DNA from: Escherichia coli
GTDB lineage: Bacteria; Pseudomonadota; Gammaproteobacteria; Enterobacterales; Enterobacteriaceae
NCBI RefSeq assembly: GCF_024223415.1
Contig: NZ_CP100500.1
Strand: one strand, 5' to 3'
Length of the DNA: 64,000 nt
Shown one piece after another: positions 12,442-24,333 of this stretch. The translations under genes were made by a program, and so were the position numbers. Each line of letters starts with the position of its first letter. Position 1 is the stretch's first letter. Under the pieces are notes generated by a model, which was not told the DNA's origin, searched no databases, and was given only the letters and a program-made list of their open reading frames with translations.

Positions 12442-12729
12442 AGGAAATACTCCTTGAAAAGTAAAGTGTTAGATGAGTGCGTTAATTCACACTTCTGAGA
12501 AATTTCGCTAAACGCATCAAAAAAGCATAGCAGACAGGCATGGTATTGCTGGATTAAGCAGGTAACATCAGTGTTATAGGATTATTACCAAAACATTATA
12601 TTAATGGTGAGAGTTTGGACTTGCTCAAAGTCTGTAGACTCCGGCAAGGTAATAATGTGCGCCACGTTGTGGGCAGGGGCTGTTGCCCACACACTTTATT
12701 TGTGAACGTTACGTGAAAGGAACAACCAA

Positions 12730-15009
12730 ATGGATGACCAGTTAAAACAAAGTGCACTTGATTTCCATGAATTTCCAGTTCCAGGGAAAATCCAGGTTTC
12801 TCCAACCAAGCCTCTGGCAACGCAGCGCGATCTGGCGCTGGCCTACTCACCAGGCGTTGCCGCACCTTGTCTTGAAATCGAAAAAGACCCGTTAAAAGCC
12901 TACAAATATACCGCGCGCGGTAACCTGGTGGCGGTGATCTCTAACGGTACGGCGGTGCTGGGGTTAGGCAACATTGGCGCGCTGGCAGGCAAACCGGTGA
13001 TGGAAGGCAAGGGCGTTCTGTTTAAGAAATTCGCCGGGATTGATGTATTTGACATTGAAGTTGATGAACTCGACCCGGACAAATTTATTGAAGTCGTCGC
13101 TGCGCTCGAACCGACCTTCGGCGGCATCAACCTCGAAGACATTAAAGCGCCAGAATGTTTCTATATTGAACAGAAACTGCGCGAGCGGATGAATATTCCG
13201 GTATTCCACGACGATCAGCACGGCACGGCAATTATCAGCACTGCCGCCATCCTCAACGGCTTGCGCGTGGTGGAGAAAAACATCTCTGACGTGCGTATGG
13301 TGGTTTCCGGCGCGGGTGCTGCAGCAATCGCCTGTATGAACCTGCTGGTAGCGCTGGGGCTGCAAAAACATAACATCGTGGTTTGTGATTCAAAAGGCGT
13401 TATCTATCAGGGCCGTGAGCCAAACATGGCGGAAACCAAAGCCGCATATGCGGTGGTGGATGACGGCAAACGTACCCTCGATGATGTGATTGAAGGCGCG
13501 GATATTTTCCTCGGCTGTTCCGGCCCGAAAGTGCTGACCCAGGAAATGGTGAAGAAAATGGCTCGTGCGCCAATGATCCTGGCGCTGGCGAACCCGGAAC
13601 CGGAAATTCTGCCGCCGCTGGCGAAAGAAGTGCGTCCGGATGCCATCATCTGTACCGGCCGTTCTGACTATCCAAACCAGGTCAACAACGTCCTTTGCTT
13701 CCCGTTTATCTTCCGTGGCGCGCTGGACGTTGGCGCAACCGCCATCAACGAAGAGATGAAACTGGCGGCGGTACGTGCGATTGCAGAACTGGCCCATGCG
13801 GAACAGAGTGAAGTGGTGGCTTCAGCGTATGGCGATCAGGATCTGAGCTTTGGTCCGGAATACATCATTCCAAAACCGTTTGATCCGCGCTTGATCGTTA
13901 AGATCGCTCCTGCGGTCGCGAAAGCGGCGATGGAGTCGGGCGTGGCGACGCGTCCGATTGCTGATTTCGACGTCTACATCGACAAGCTGACTGAGTTCGT
14001 TTACAAAACCAACCTGTTTATGAAGCCGATTTTCTCCCAGGCTCGCAAAGCGCCGAAGCGCGTAGTTCTGCCGGAAGGGGAAGAGGCGCGCGTTCTGCAT
14101 GCCACTCAGGAACTGGTAACGCTGGGACTGGCGAAACCGATCCTTATCGGTCGTCCGAACGTGATCGAAATGCGCATTCAGAAACTGGGCTTGCAGATCA
14201 AAGCGGGCGTTGATTTTGAGATCGTCAATAACGAATCCGATCCGCGCTTTAAAGAGTACTGGACCGAATACTTCCAGATCATGAAGCGTCGCGGCGTCAC
14301 TCAGGAACAGGCGCAGCGGGCGCTGATCAGTAACCCGACAGTGATCGGCGCGATCATGGTTCAGCGTGGCGAAGCCGATGCAATGATTTGCGGTACGGTG
14401 GGTGATTATCATGAACATTTTAGCGTGGTGAAAAATGTCTTTGGTTATCGCGATGGCGTTCACACCGCAGGTGCAATGAACGCGCTGCTGCTGCCGAGTG
14501 GTAACACCTTTATTGCCGATACCTACGTCAATGACGAACCAGACGCAGAAGAGCTGGCGGAGATCACCTTGATGGCGGCAGAAACTGTCCGTCGTTTTGG
14601 TATTGAGCCGCGCGTTGCTCTGTTGTCGCACTCCAACTTTGGTTCTTCTGACTGCCCGTCGTCGAGCAAAATGCGTCAGGCGCTGGAACTGGTCAGGGAA
14701 CGTGCGCCAGAACTGATGATTGATGGTGAAATGCACGGCGATGCAGCGCTGGTGGAAGCGATTCGCAACGACCGTATGCCGGACAGCCCTTTGAAAGGTT
14801 CCGCCAATATTCTGGTAATGCCAAACATGGAAGCTGCCCGCATTAGTTACAACTTACTGCGCGTTTCCAGCTCGGAAGGTGTGACTGTCGGTCCGGTGCT
14901 GATGGGCGTGGCGAAACCGGTTCACGTGTTAACGCCGATCGCATCGGTACGTCGTATCGTCAACATGGTGGCGCTGGCCGTGGTTGAAGCGCAAACCCAA
15001 CCGCTGTAA
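12730..15009 (+). CDS. maeB: NADP-dependent malic enzyme MaeB (759 aa, malic enzyme + PTA-like domain)
   Basis: Full ORF; malic enzyme N-domain plus C-terminal phosphotransacetylase-like domain. Confidence 0.9.
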   Translation: MDDQLKQSALDFHEFPVPGKIQVSPTKPLATQRDLALAYSPGVAAPCLEIEKDPLKAYKYTARGNLVAVISNGTAVLGLGNIGALAGKPVMEGKGVLFKKFAGIDVFDIEVDELDPDKFIEVVAALEPTFGGINLEDIKAPECFYIEQKLRERMNIPVFHDDQHGTAIISTAAILNGLRVVEKNISDVRMVVSGAGAAAIACMNLLVALGLQKHNIVVCDSKGVIYQGREPNMAETKAAYAVVDDGKRTLDDVIEGADIFLGCSGPKVLTQEMVKKMARAPMILALANPEPEILPPLAKEVRPDAIICTGRSDYPNQVNNVLCFPFIFRGALDVGATAINEEMKLAAVRAIAELAHAEQSEVVASAYGDQDLSFGPEYIIPKPFDPRLIVKIAPAVAKAAMESGVATRPIADFDVYIDKLTEFVYKTNLFMKPIFSQARKAPKRVVLPEGEEARVLHATQELVTLGLAKPILIGRPNVIEMRIQKLGLQIKAGVDFEIVNNESDPRFKEYWTEYFQIMKRRGVTQEQAQRALISNPTVIGAIMVQRGEADAMICGTVGDYHEHFSVVKNVFGYRDGVHTAGAMNALLLPSGNTFIADTYVNDEPDAEELAEITLMAAETVRRFGIEPRVALLSHSNFGSSDCPSSSKMRQALELVRERAPELMIDGEMHGDAALVEAIRNDRMPDSPLKGSANILVMPNMEAARISYNLLRVSSSEGVTVGPVLMGVAKPVHVLTPIASVRRIVNMVALAVVEAQTQPL

Positions 15010-15299
15010 TTCTTTTTTAACTCTCACGCTTACCCTGAATATTCAGGGTAAGCGGTCCAGCTGCAATATATTAGTAAAGATTATTACTGAGTTTACGAAT
15101 AATAAAAAAAGCAATATAAAATATCTCGATATTATTTTATTTATATTCATGCGTCGCATATGAAAGTTTATTCATAACAGTAAATATCTCTCCATTCTTA
15201 GTGATCTACCTCACCTTTTAAACGCGCTTGCCGAATTTTGTTATTTACTCTGACGAAAAATTGTCACGATACACGAAAGTTTTTCACAGGCGGCGACTC

Positions 15300-15635
15300 A
15301 TGGATAAAGAACGCATCATTCAGGAATTTGTGCCCGGCAAACAGGTCACGCTGGCGCATCTCATCGCGCATCCCGGCGAGGAACTGGCGAAGAAAATTGG
15401 CGTTCCGGATGCGGGCGCAATTGGCATTATGACGCTAACTCCTGGCGAAACGGCGATGATCGCCGGTGATTTAGCATTGAAAGCCGCTGATGTGCATATC
15501 GGTTTTCTCGACCGCTTCAGTGGTGCATTGGTGATTTATGGCTCGGTGGGCGCAGTAGAAGAAGCGTTATCACAAACCGTCAGTGGCTTAGGTCGCTTAT
15601 TAAATTATACGCTTTGTGAAATGACCAAAAGTTAA
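15300..15635 (+). CDS. eutS: BMC shell protein EutS (111 aa)
   Basis: ORF 15228-15635; start set at [10 protein letters not shown]; first gene of the eut operon. Confidence 0.85.
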
Positions 15636-15647
15636 TACGAGGCATTC

Positions 15648-16127
15648 ATGAAACGAATTGCGTTTGTGGGTACCGTCGGGGCAGGGAAAACAACGTTATT
15701 TAATGCGTTGCAGGGGAATTATACCCTCGCCAGAAAAACACAGGCCGTGGAATTTAATGATAAGGGCGATATTGATACGCCGGGTGAATATTTTAGCCAT
15801 CCCCGCTGGTATCACGCCTTAATTACCACGCTACAGGATGTGGACATGCTGATCTATGTCCACGGCGCGAATGACCCGGAAAGTCGGTTGCCTGCCGGGT
15901 TGCTGGATATTGGCGTCAGCAAACGGCAAATCGCCGTCATCAGTAAAACGGACATGCCAGATGCTGACGTCGCCGCAACGCGAAAGTTATTGCTTGAGAC
16001 GGGCTTCGAAGAGCCGATTTTCGAGCTAAACAGCCACGACCCGCAAAGCGTGCAGCAACTGGTGGATTATCTGGCATCTCTCACCAAACAGGAGGAAGCA
16101 GGTGAAAAAACTCATCACAGCGAATGA
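15648..16127 (+). CDS. eutP: EutP (P-loop GTPase-like, 159 aa)
   Basis: GTVGAGKT P-loop; operon position. Confidence 0.85.
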   Translation: MKRIAFVGTVGAGKTTLFNALQGNYTLARKTQAVEFNDKGDIDTPGEYFSHPRWYHALITTLQDVDMLIYVHGANDPESRLPAGLLDIGVSKRQIAVISKTDMPDADVAATRKLLLETGFEEPIFELNSHDPQSVQQLVDYLASLTKQEEAGEKTHHSE

Positions 16128-16803
16128 TATTCGTGAAGCACACGCGCGCGGCGAACAGGCAATGTCCGTGGTTCTGCGCGCCAGCATTATTACCCCGGAA
16201 GCCCGAGAAGTGGCGGATTTACTGGGTTTTACCATCACCGAATGTGATGAATCGATCCCGGTAACGGCGTCCGTGCCCGCCAGCGTGCCAGCCGATAAAA
16301 CCGAAAGCCAGCGCATCCGCGAAACCATCATTGCCCAGCTGCCGGAAGGCCAGTTTACCGAAAGCCTGGTCGCGCAGCTGATGGAAAAAGTGATGAAGGA
16401 AAAACAGTCGCTGGAGCAGGGTGCAATGCAGCCGAGCTTCAAATCGGTGACCGGCAAAGGCGGCATCAAAGTGATTGATGGCAGCAGCGTCAAGTTTGGT
16501 CGTTTCGACGGCGCAGAGCCGCATTGCGTGGGCTTGACTGATCTTGTGACCGGAGACGACGGCAGCAGCATGGCCGCCGGTTTTATGCAGTGGGAGAACG
16601 CATTCTTCCCGTGGACCCTGAACTACGACGAAATCGACATGGTGCTGGAAGGGGAGCTGCATGTTCGCCACGCAGGAGAAACCATGATCGCCAAAGCAGG
16701 CGACGTAATGTTTATCCCGAAAGGCTCCAGCATCGAATTTGGTACGACATCCAGCGTGAAATTCCTGTATGTCGCCTGGCCGGCTAACTGGCAATCCCTA
16801 TGA
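16102..16803 (+). CDS. eutQ: EutQ (cupin-domain acetate kinase, 233 aa)
   Basis: Operon position; 26-bp overlap with eutP. Confidence 0.85.
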   Translation: MKKLITANDIREAHARGEQAMSVVLRASIITPEAREVADLLGFTITECDESIPVTASVPASVPADKTESQRIRETIIAQLPEGQFTESLVAQLMEKVMKEKQSLEQGAMQPSFKSVTGKGGIKVIDGSSVKFGRFDGAEPHCVGLTDLVTGDDGSSMAAGFMQWENAFFPWTLNYDEIDMVLEGELHVRHAGETMIAKAGDVMFIPKGSSIEFGTTSSVKFLYVAWPANWQSL

Positions 16804-17603
16804 AAGATTTCATCACCGAAGCATGGCTAAGAGCGAACCATACGCTCAGCGAAGGCGCAGAGATCCATCTCCCTGCGGACAGTCGCCTGACGCCCTCTGC
16901 CCGGGAGTTGCTGGAAAGCCGCCATCTGCGCATCAAGTTTATTGACGAGCAGGGCCGCCTGTTTGTTGACGATGAACAGCAGCAGCCGCAGCCCGTTCAT
17001 GGGCTAACCAGTAGCGATGAACATCCGCAGGCGTGCTGCGAACTGTGCCGCCAGCCGGTGGCAAAAAAGCCGGATACGCTGACTCACCTGTCGGCGGAAA
17101 AAATGGTCGCCAAAAGCGATCCGCGTCTGGGTTTTCGCGCGGTTCTCGACAGCACCATTGCGCTGGCAGTGTGGCTGCAAATTGAACTGGCGGAACCGTG
17201 GCAGCCGTGGCTGGCGGATATCCGTTCGCGTCTTGGCAACATTATGCGCGCCGATGCGCTGGGGGAACCGCTGGGCGATCAAGCGATTGTCGGGCTTTCT
17301 GACGAAGATCTGCACCGGCTTTCTCATCAGCCGTTGCGTTATCTTGGTCACGATCATCTGGTGCCGGAAGCCAGCCACGGGCGCGATGCGGCGTTGCTGA
17401 ATCTGCTACGCACCAAAGTGCGGGAAACCGAAACCGTAGCGGCGCAGGTATTTATAACCCGCAGCTTTGAAGTATTACGCCCGGACATCTTGCAGGCGCT
17501 GAACCGCCTTTCGAGCACGGTCTACGTGATGATGATCCTGAGCGTAACGAAGCCGCCGCTAACGGTGAAGCAGATCCAACAACGACTGGGGGAAACGCAA
17601 TGA
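16800..17603 (+). CDS. eutT: EutT corrinoid adenosyltransferase (267 aa)
   Basis: Operon position; ATGA overlap with eutQ. Confidence 0.85.
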   Translation: MKDFITEAWLRANHTLSEGAEIHLPADSRLTPSARELLESRHLRIKFIDEQGRLFVDDEQQQPQPVHGLTSSDEHPQACCELCRQPVAKKPDTLTHLSAEKMVAKSDPRLGFRAVLDSTIALAVWLQIELAEPWQPWLADIRSRLGNIMRADALGEPLGDQAIVGLSDEDLHRLSHQPLRYLGHDHLVPEASHGRDAALLNLLRTKVRETETVAAQVFITRSFEVLRPDILQALNRLSSTVYVMMILSVTKPPLTVKQIQQRLGETQ

Positions 17604-18616
17604 TTATTGAACGTTGTCGTGAACTGGCGTTGCGAGCGCCCGCCAGAGTGGTTTTTCCGGATGCGTTAGATCAACGTGTGCTGAAAGCTGCGCAATATTT
17701 ACATCAACAAGGTCTGGCAACGCCCATTCTGGTCGCCAATCCGTTTGAACTTCGTCAGTTTGCGCTCAGTCACGGCGTGGCGATGGACGGGCTACAGGTG
17801 ATAGATCCGCATGGCAACCTCGCAATGCGGGAAGAATTTGCTCATCGCTGGCTGGCCCGCGCGGGCGAAAAAACGCCGCCGGATGCGCTGGAAAAACTCA
17901 CCGAACCGCTGATGTTCGCCGCCGCAATGGTCAGCGCCGGTAAAGCGGATGTCTGTATCGCGGGCAACCTCTCTTCCACGGCGAATGTGCTGCGTGCCGG
18001 ATTACGCATTATTGGCTTGCAACCTGGCTGTAAAACGCTCTCTTCCATTTTCCTGATGCTGCCACAGTACAGTGGCCCCGCGTTGGGCTTTGCCGATTGC
18101 AGCGTGGTACCACAGCCGACGGCGGCGCAGCTGGCGGATATCGCGCTTGCCAGCGCCGAAACCTGGCGCGCCATCACCGGAGAAGAGCCGCGCGTGGCGA
18201 TGCTGTCGTTTTCCAGTAACGGTAGCGCCCGTCACCCCTGCGTTGCCAATGTCCAGCAGGCGACAGAAATCGTCCGTGAGCGCGCACCAAAGCTGGTAGT
18301 CGATGGCGAGTTGCAGTTTGACGCCGCCTTCGTGCCGGAAGTGGCGGCGCAAAAAGCGCCTGCCAGCCCGCTACAGGGCAAGGCCAATGTGATGGTTTTT
18401 CCGTCGCTGGAAGCCGGAAATATTGGCTACAAAATCGCACAACGACTCGGCGGATATCGTGCCGTCGGGCCATTGATACAAGGACTTGCCGCGCCGATGC
18501 ACGATCTCTCTCGTGGTTGTAGTGTGCAGGAAATTATCGAGCTGGCGCTGGTGGCAGCTGTGCCGCGTCAGACAGAAGTGAACCGCGAAAGCAGTTTACA
18601 AACACTGGTTGAATGA
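17600..18616 (+). CDS. eutD: EutD phosphotransacetylase (338 aa)
   Basis: PTA-family sequence; operon position. Confidence 0.85.
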   Translation: MIIERCRELALRAPARVVFPDALDQRVLKAAQYLHQQGLATPILVANPFELRQFALSHGVAMDGLQVIDPHGNLAMREEFAHRWLARAGEKTPPDALEKLTEPLMFAAAMVSAGKADVCIAGNLSSTANVLRAGLRIIGLQPGCKTLSSIFLMLPQYSGPALGFADCSVVPQPTAAQLADIALASAETWRAITGEEPRVAMLSFSSNGSARHPCVANVQQATEIVRERAPKLVVDGELQFDAAFVPEVAAQKAPASPLQGKANVMVFPSLEAGNIGYKIAQRLGGYRAVGPLIQGLAAPMHDLSRGCSVQEIIELALVAAVPRQTEVNRESSLQTLVE

Positions 18617-18654
18617 ACGGTCCCGTTCTGGACCCTGATAAAGAGGAAAGCACA

Positions 18655-18948
18655 ATGGAAGCATTAGGAATGATCGAAACCCGGGGCCTGGTTGCACTGA
18701 TTGAGGCTTCTGACGCGATGGTGAAAGCTGCGCGCGTCAAGCTGGTTGGTGTTAAGCAGATTGGCGGCGGCCTGTGTACTGCCATGGTTCGTGGTGATGT
18801 TGCAGCCTGTAAAGCCGCGACCGATGCAGGTGCCGCAGCGGCACAGCGTATCGGCGAGCTGGTATCTGTACACGTTATCCCGCGTCCGCACGGCGACCTG
18901 GAAGAAGTCTTCCCGATCGGCCTGAAAGGCGATAGCAGCAACCTGTAA
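18655..18948 (+). CDS. eutM: BMC-H shell protein EutM (97 aa)
   Basis: ORF 18613-18948; start set at [13 protein letters not shown], the canonical BMC-domain N-terminus. Confidence 0.85.
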   Translation: MEALGMIETRGLVALIEASDAMVKAARVKLVGVKQIGGGLCTAMVRGDVAACKAATDAGAAAAQRIGELVSVHVIPRPHGDLEEVFPIGLKGDSSNL

Positions 18949-19054
18949 TCACCCTGTGTGACGTCGATTCGGGCGTCACGCTCTCTCCTTTTTCATTTTA
19001 CCTTCTGCGGAGGGTAGGGGGAGCTTTTACCTGAAATACGCCACGGAGGCGGGT

Positions 19055-19342
19055 ATGAAACTGGCAGTCGTCACTGGACAAATTGTTTGTACCGTACGCC
19101 ATCACGGACTGGCGCATGACAAATTGCTGATGGTGGAAATGATTGATCCACAAGGTAATCCTGACGGGCAATGCGCCGTCGCCATCGACAATATTGGCGC
19201 GGGAACCGGGGAGTGGGTGTTACTGGTGAGTGGCAGTTCCGCCCGCCAGGCGCATAAAAGCGAAACGTCACCGGTCGATCTGTGCGTGATTGGCATTGTC
19301 GATGAGGTGGTGTCTGGCGGTCAGGTAATTTTCCACAAATAA
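19055..19342 (+). CDS. eutN: BMC vertex protein EutN (95 aa)
   Basis: EutN/CcmL-family sequence. Confidence 0.85.
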   Translation: MKLAVVTGQIVCTVRHHGLAHDKLLMVEMIDPQGNPDGQCAVAIDNIGAGTGEWVLLVSGSSARQAHKSETSPVDLCVIGIVDEVVSGGQVIFHK

Positions 19343-19353
19343 GGCAGAACATC

Positions 19354-20757
19354 ATGAATCAACAGGATATTGAACAGGTGGTGAAAGCGGTACTGCTGAA
19401 AATGCAAAGCAGTGACACGCCGCCCGCCGCCGTTCATGAGATGGGCGTTTTCGCGTCCCTGGATGACGCCGTTGCGGCAGCCAAAGTCGCCCAGCAAGGG
19501 TTAAAAAGCGTGGCAATGCGCCAGTTAGCCATTGCTGCCATTCGTGAAGCAGGCGAAAAACACGCCAGAGATTTAGCGGAACTTGCCGTCAGTGAAACCG
19601 GCATGGGTCGCGTTGAAGATAAATTTGCCAAAAACGTCGCTCAGGCACGCGGCACGCCAGGCGTTGAGTGTCTCTCTCCGCAAGTGCTGACGGGCGACAA
19701 CGGCCTGACTTTAATTGAAAACGCGCCCTGGGGCGTGGTGGCTTCGGTGACGCCGTCCACTAACCCGGCGGCAACCGTAATTAATAACGCCATCAGCCTG
19801 ATTGCCGCGGGCAACAGCGTCATTTTTGCCCCGCATCCGGCGGCGAAAAAAGTCTCCCAGCGGGCGATCACGCTGCTCAACCAGGCGATTGTTGCCGCAG
19901 GCGGGCCGGAAAACTTACTGGTTACTGTGGCAAATCCGGATATCGAAACCGCGCAACGCTTGTTCAAGTTTCCGGGTATCGGCCTGCTGGTGGTGACCGG
20001 CGGCGAAGCGGTAGTAGAAGCGGCGCGTAAACACACCAATAAACGTCTGATTGCCGCAGGCGCTGGCAACCCGCCGGTAGTGGTGGATGAAACCGCTGAC
20101 CTCGCCCGTGCTGCTCAGTCCATCGTCAAAGGCGCGTCTTTCGATAACAACATCATTTGTGCCGACGAAAAGGTACTGATTGTTGTGGATAGCGTAGCCG
20201 ATGAACTGATGCGTCTGATGGAAGGCCAGCACGCGGTGAAACTGACCGCAGAACAGGCGCAGCAGCTGCAACCGGTGTTGCTGAAAAATATCGACGAGCG
20301 CGGAAAAGGCACCGTCAGCCGTGACTGGGTTGGTCGCGATGCGGCGAAAATCGCGGCGGCAATCGGCCTGAACGTGCCGCAAGAAACGCGCCTGCTGTTT
20401 GTGGAAACCACCGCAGAACATCCGTTTGCCGTGACTGAACTGATGATGCCGGTGTTGCCCGTCGTGCGCGTCGCCAACGTGGCGGATGCCATTGCGCTAG
20501 CGGTGAAACTGGAGGGCGGTTGCCACCACACGGCGGCAATGCACTCGCGCAACATCGAAAACATGAACCAGATGGCGAATGCTATTGATACCAGCATTTT
20601 CGTTAAGAACGGACCGTGCATTGCCGGGCTGGGGCTGGGCGGGGAAGGCTGGACCACCATGACCATCACCACGCCAACCGGTGAAGGGGTAACCAGCGCG
20701 CGTACGTTTGTCCGTCTGCGTCGCTGTGTATTAGTCGATGCGTTTCGCATTGTTTAA
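19354..20757 (+). CDS. eutE: EutE acetaldehyde dehydrogenase (467 aa)
   Basis: Aldehyde dehydrogenase family; operon position. Confidence 0.85.
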   Translation: MNQQDIEQVVKAVLLKMQSSDTPPAAVHEMGVFASLDDAVAAAKVAQQGLKSVAMRQLAIAAIREAGEKHARDLAELAVSETGMGRVEDKFAKNVAQARGTPGVECLSPQVLTGDNGLTLIENAPWGVVASVTPSTNPAATVINNAISLIAAGNSVIFAPHPAAKKVSQRAITLLNQAIVAAGGPENLLVTVANPDIETAQRLFKFPGIGLLVVTGGEAVVEAARKHTNKRLIAAGAGNPPVVVDETADLARAAQSIVKGASFDNNIICADEKVLIVVDSVADELMRLMEGQHAVKLTAEQAQQLQPVLLKNIDERGKGTVSRDWVGRDAAKIAAAIGLNVPQETRLLFVETTAEHPFAVTELMMPVLPVVRVANVADAIALAVKLEGGCHHTAAMHSRNIENMNQMANAIDTSIFVKNGPCIAGLGLGGEGWTTMTITTPTGEGVTSARTFVRLRRCVLVDAFRIV

Positions 20758-20767
20758 GGAGTAACCG

Positions 20768-21604
20768 ATGGCGCACGACGAACAATGGCTCACCCCACGT
20801 CTGCAAACAGCGGCAACGCTGTGTAACCAGACGCCCGCCGCGACGGAATCTCCGCTGTGGCTGGGGGTGGATCTGGGCACCTGCGATGTGGTGTCGATGG
20901 TTGTCGACCGCGACGGTCAGCCAGTGGCGGTATGCCTCGACTGGGCCGATGTGGTTCGCGACGGCATCGTCTGGGATTTCTTCGGCGCGGTCACCATTGT
21001 TCGTCGCCATCTCGACACGCTCGAGCAGCAATTCGGTCGCCGTTTTAGCCATGCGGCGACTTCATTTCCTCCAGGTACGGACCCGCGTATTTCCATCAAC
21101 GTGCTGGAGTCTGCTGGACTGGAAGTGAGCCATGTGCTGGATGAGCCAGCCGCAGTCGCGGATCTGCTGCAACTGGACAACGCCGGTGTAGTGGATATCG
21201 GCGGCGGCACTACCGGCATTGCCATCGTGAAAAAGGGCAAGGTGACGTACTCGGCGGATGAAGCAACCGGCGGACATCACATCTCTCTGACTCTCGCCGG
21301 AAATCGCCGTATTTCGCTGGAAGAGGCAGAGCAGTACAAGCGCGGTCACGGTGACGAGATTTGGCCCGCGGTGAAACCGGTGTACGAAAAAATGGCGGAC
21401 ATTGTCGCCCGGCATATTGAAGGGCAGGGCATTACTGATTTATGGCTGGCGGGCGGCTCCTGTATGCAACCGGGCGTGGCAGAACTGTTTCGCAAACAAT
21501 TCCCGGCGTTACAGGTGCATTTACCGCAGCACAGTTTGTTTATGACCCCGCTGGCGATCGCCAGTAGTGGGCGAGAGAAAGCGGAGGGGCTATATGCAAA
21601 ATGA
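20768..21604 (+). CDS. eutJ: EutJ chaperonin (Hsp70/actin-like, 278 aa)
   Basis: Operon position; actin-fold ATPase motifs. Confidence 0.85.
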   Translation: MAHDEQWLTPRLQTAATLCNQTPAATESPLWLGVDLGTCDVVSMVVDRDGQPVAVCLDWADVVRDGIVWDFFGAVTIVRRHLDTLEQQFGRRFSHAATSFPPGTDPRISINVLESAGLEVSHVLDEPAAVADLLQLDNAGVVDIGGGTTGIAIVKKGKVTYSADEATGGHHISLTLAGNRRISLEEAEQYKRGHGDEIWPAVKPVYEKMADIVARHIEGQGITDLWLAGGSCMQPGVAELFRKQFPALQVHLPQHSLFMTPLAIASSGREKAEGLYAK

Positions 21605-22781
21605 ATTGCAGACCGCGCTCTTTCAGGCGTTCGATACCCTGAATCTGCAACGGGTAAAAACATTTAGCGTTCCACCGGTGACGCTTTGCGGTCCGGGCTC
21701 GGTGAGCAGTTGCGGACAGCAAGCGCAAACGCGTGGGCTGAAACATCTGTTCGTGATGGCAGACAGCTTTTTGCATCAGGCAGGGATGACCGCCGGGCTG
21801 ACGCGTAGCCTGGCCGTTAAAGGTATCGCCATGACGCTCTGGCCATGTCCGGTGGGCGAACCGTGCATTACCGACGTGTGTGCAGCCGTGGCGCAGTTGC
21901 GTGAGTCAGGTTGTGACGGGGTGATCGCATTTGGCGGCGGCTCGGTGCTGGATGCGGCGAAAGCCGTGGCGTTGCTGGTGACGAACCCGGATAGCACGCT
22001 GGCAGAGATGTCAGAAACCAGCGTTCTGCAACCGCGCTTGCCGCTGATTGCCATTCCAACTACCGCCGGAACCGGCTCTGAAACCACCAATGTAACGGTG
22101 ATTATCGACGCGGTGAGCGGGCGCAAGCAGGTGTTAGCCCATGCCTCGCTGATGCCGGATGTGGCGATCCTCGACGCCGCATTGACCGAAGGTGTGCCGT
22201 CGCATGTCACGGCGATGACCGGCATTGATGCGTTAACCCATGCCATTGAAGCATACAGCGCCCTGAACGCTACACCGTTTACCGACAGTCTGGCGATTGG
22301 TGCCATTGCGATGATTGGCAAATCGCTGCCGAAAGCGGTGGGCTACGGTCACGACCTTGCCGCGCGCGAGAGCATGTTGCTGGCTTCATGTATGGCGGGA
22401 ATGGCGTTTTCCAGTGCGGGTCTTGGGTTGTGCCACGCGATGGCGCATCAGCCGGGCGCGGCGCTGCATATTCCACACGGTCTCGCGAACGCTATGTTGC
22501 TGCCAACGGTGATGGAGTTTAACCGGATGGTTTGTCGTGAACGCTTTAGTCAGATTGGTCGGGCACTGCGAACTAAAAAATCCGACGATCGTGACGCTAT
22601 TAACGCGGTAAGTGAGCTGATTGCGGAAGTTGGGATTGGTAAACGACTGGGCGATGTTGGCGCGACATCTGCGCATTACGGTGCATGGGCGCAGGCCGCG
22701 CAGGAAGATATTTGTCTGCGCAGCAACCCGCGTACCGCCAGCCTGGAACAGATTGTCGGCCTGTACGCAGCGGCGCAATAA
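21594..22781 (+). CDS. eutG: EutG iron-containing alcohol dehydrogenase (395 aa)
   Basis: ORF 21567-22781; start set at MQNELQTALF; Fe-ADH family. Confidence 0.85.
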   Translation: MQNELQTALFQAFDTLNLQRVKTFSVPPVTLCGPGSVSSCGQQAQTRGLKHLFVMADSFLHQAGMTAGLTRSLAVKGIAMTLWPCPVGEPCITDVCAAVAQLRESGCDGVIAFGGGSVLDAAKAVALLVTNPDSTLAEMSETSVLQPRLPLIAIPTTAGTGSETTNVTVIIDAVSGRKQVLAHASLMPDVAILDAALTEGVPSHVTAMTGIDALTHAIEAYSALNATPFTDSLAIGAIAMIGKSLPKAVGYGHDLAARESMLLASCMAGMAFSSAGLGLCHAMAHQPGAALHIPHGLANAMLLPTVMEFNRMVCRERFSQIGRALRTKKSDDRDAINAVSELIAEVGIGKRLGDVGATSAHYGAWAQAAQEDICLRSNPRTASLEQIVGLYAAAQ

Positions 22782-22801
22782 ATGCCGGATGCGACGCATG
22801 C

Positions 22802-23556
<755 letters not shown>

Positions 23557-23660
23557 ATCAGCATACTTGTCCTTAGCCTTCTGCAGTGACAGCTGGTAGT
23601 ACAGCGTGCTTCTGGCCAGCCCTGCAGCCTTTAACAGGTCAGACTGGCAGTGTCCGCACT

Positions 23661-24191
23661 TCAGGCTCTGGATGACTTTCGTTTTTTCTCCAGCTCCTGG
23701 CGCTTTTTTTCCAGGAGATGCTCCTGCATGGCTTTCAGATATGCATTTTCTGCGCGAAGATAACGCAGCTCATTCTTCATCTCTTCCGGCGTCATGTTTG
23801 CCTCGTTTTCATGGGTATCATCAGAACGGGTCATGCTTTTCTCCTTCCTGCGCCTGATAAAGGCCTCATTACCAGATTTGCGGTAGCCTTTTATCCAGTT
23901 TTTAACCATGTTGTGGCTGGGAATGTTAAACCGGGCAGCTACCCGGGGTAGAGACTCAGAATGCCCGAGAGCATAAAGAACCACGCAAAGTTTATCTTCA
24001 GGAGAATAGCTACGCTTGTGTCTGCAATCCAGTGCCTGAGGACCGTGAAGAAGAAAAAGATTAATCCAGTGTGAGAGGCTGGTGTGAGAAAGTTGAAAGA
24101 GTTTTGCCGTAGAAATGATGCCTGCATGACCGGCCAGGTAATGATTTACAGCGGCAAGTTTTACTTCAAATGAATGTTTCATAAACTGCAC
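23661..24191 (-). CDS. IS3-family transposase OrfA (HTH, 176 aa)
   Basis: Translation shows HTH plus leucine-zipper-like C-terminus; ends at LEKKRKSSRA just after an A6 slippery run. Confidence 0.8.
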   Translation of the reverse strand: MQFMKHSFEVKLAAVNHYLAGHAGIISTAKLFQLSHTSLSHWINLFLLHGPQALDCRHKRSYSPEDKLCVVLYALGHSESLPRVAARFNIPSHNMVKNWIKGYRKSGNEAFIRRRKEKSMTRSDDTHENEANMTPEEMKNELRYLRAENAYLKAMQEHLLEKKRQELEKKRKSSRA

Positions 24192-24236
24192 CTTCAGATG
24201 TCAGATTATGTCCAACATTTGGGGTGCAGTTCAATG

Positions 24237-24305
24237 TCGCGTCTTATCCGGCCTACGGGATTGCACATGTAGAGCGGATAAAGCGTTCACGCCGCATCCG
24301 CTAAT
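24237..24305. repeat. REP palindromic units (eutG-eutH intergenic, right of the IS)
   Basis: tcgcgtcttatccggcctac ... gcggataaagcg ... gccgcatccgc REP-like units; the left half gccggatgcgacgcatg sits at 22784-22800 on the other side of the IS. Confidence 0.65.
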
Positions 24306-24333
24306 AAATAACAACTAACAGGGAGTAAAGGCG

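Noticed and set aside
13822-14736. 304-aa ORF on the - strand
   Set aside because: Antisense shadow ORF inside maeB.
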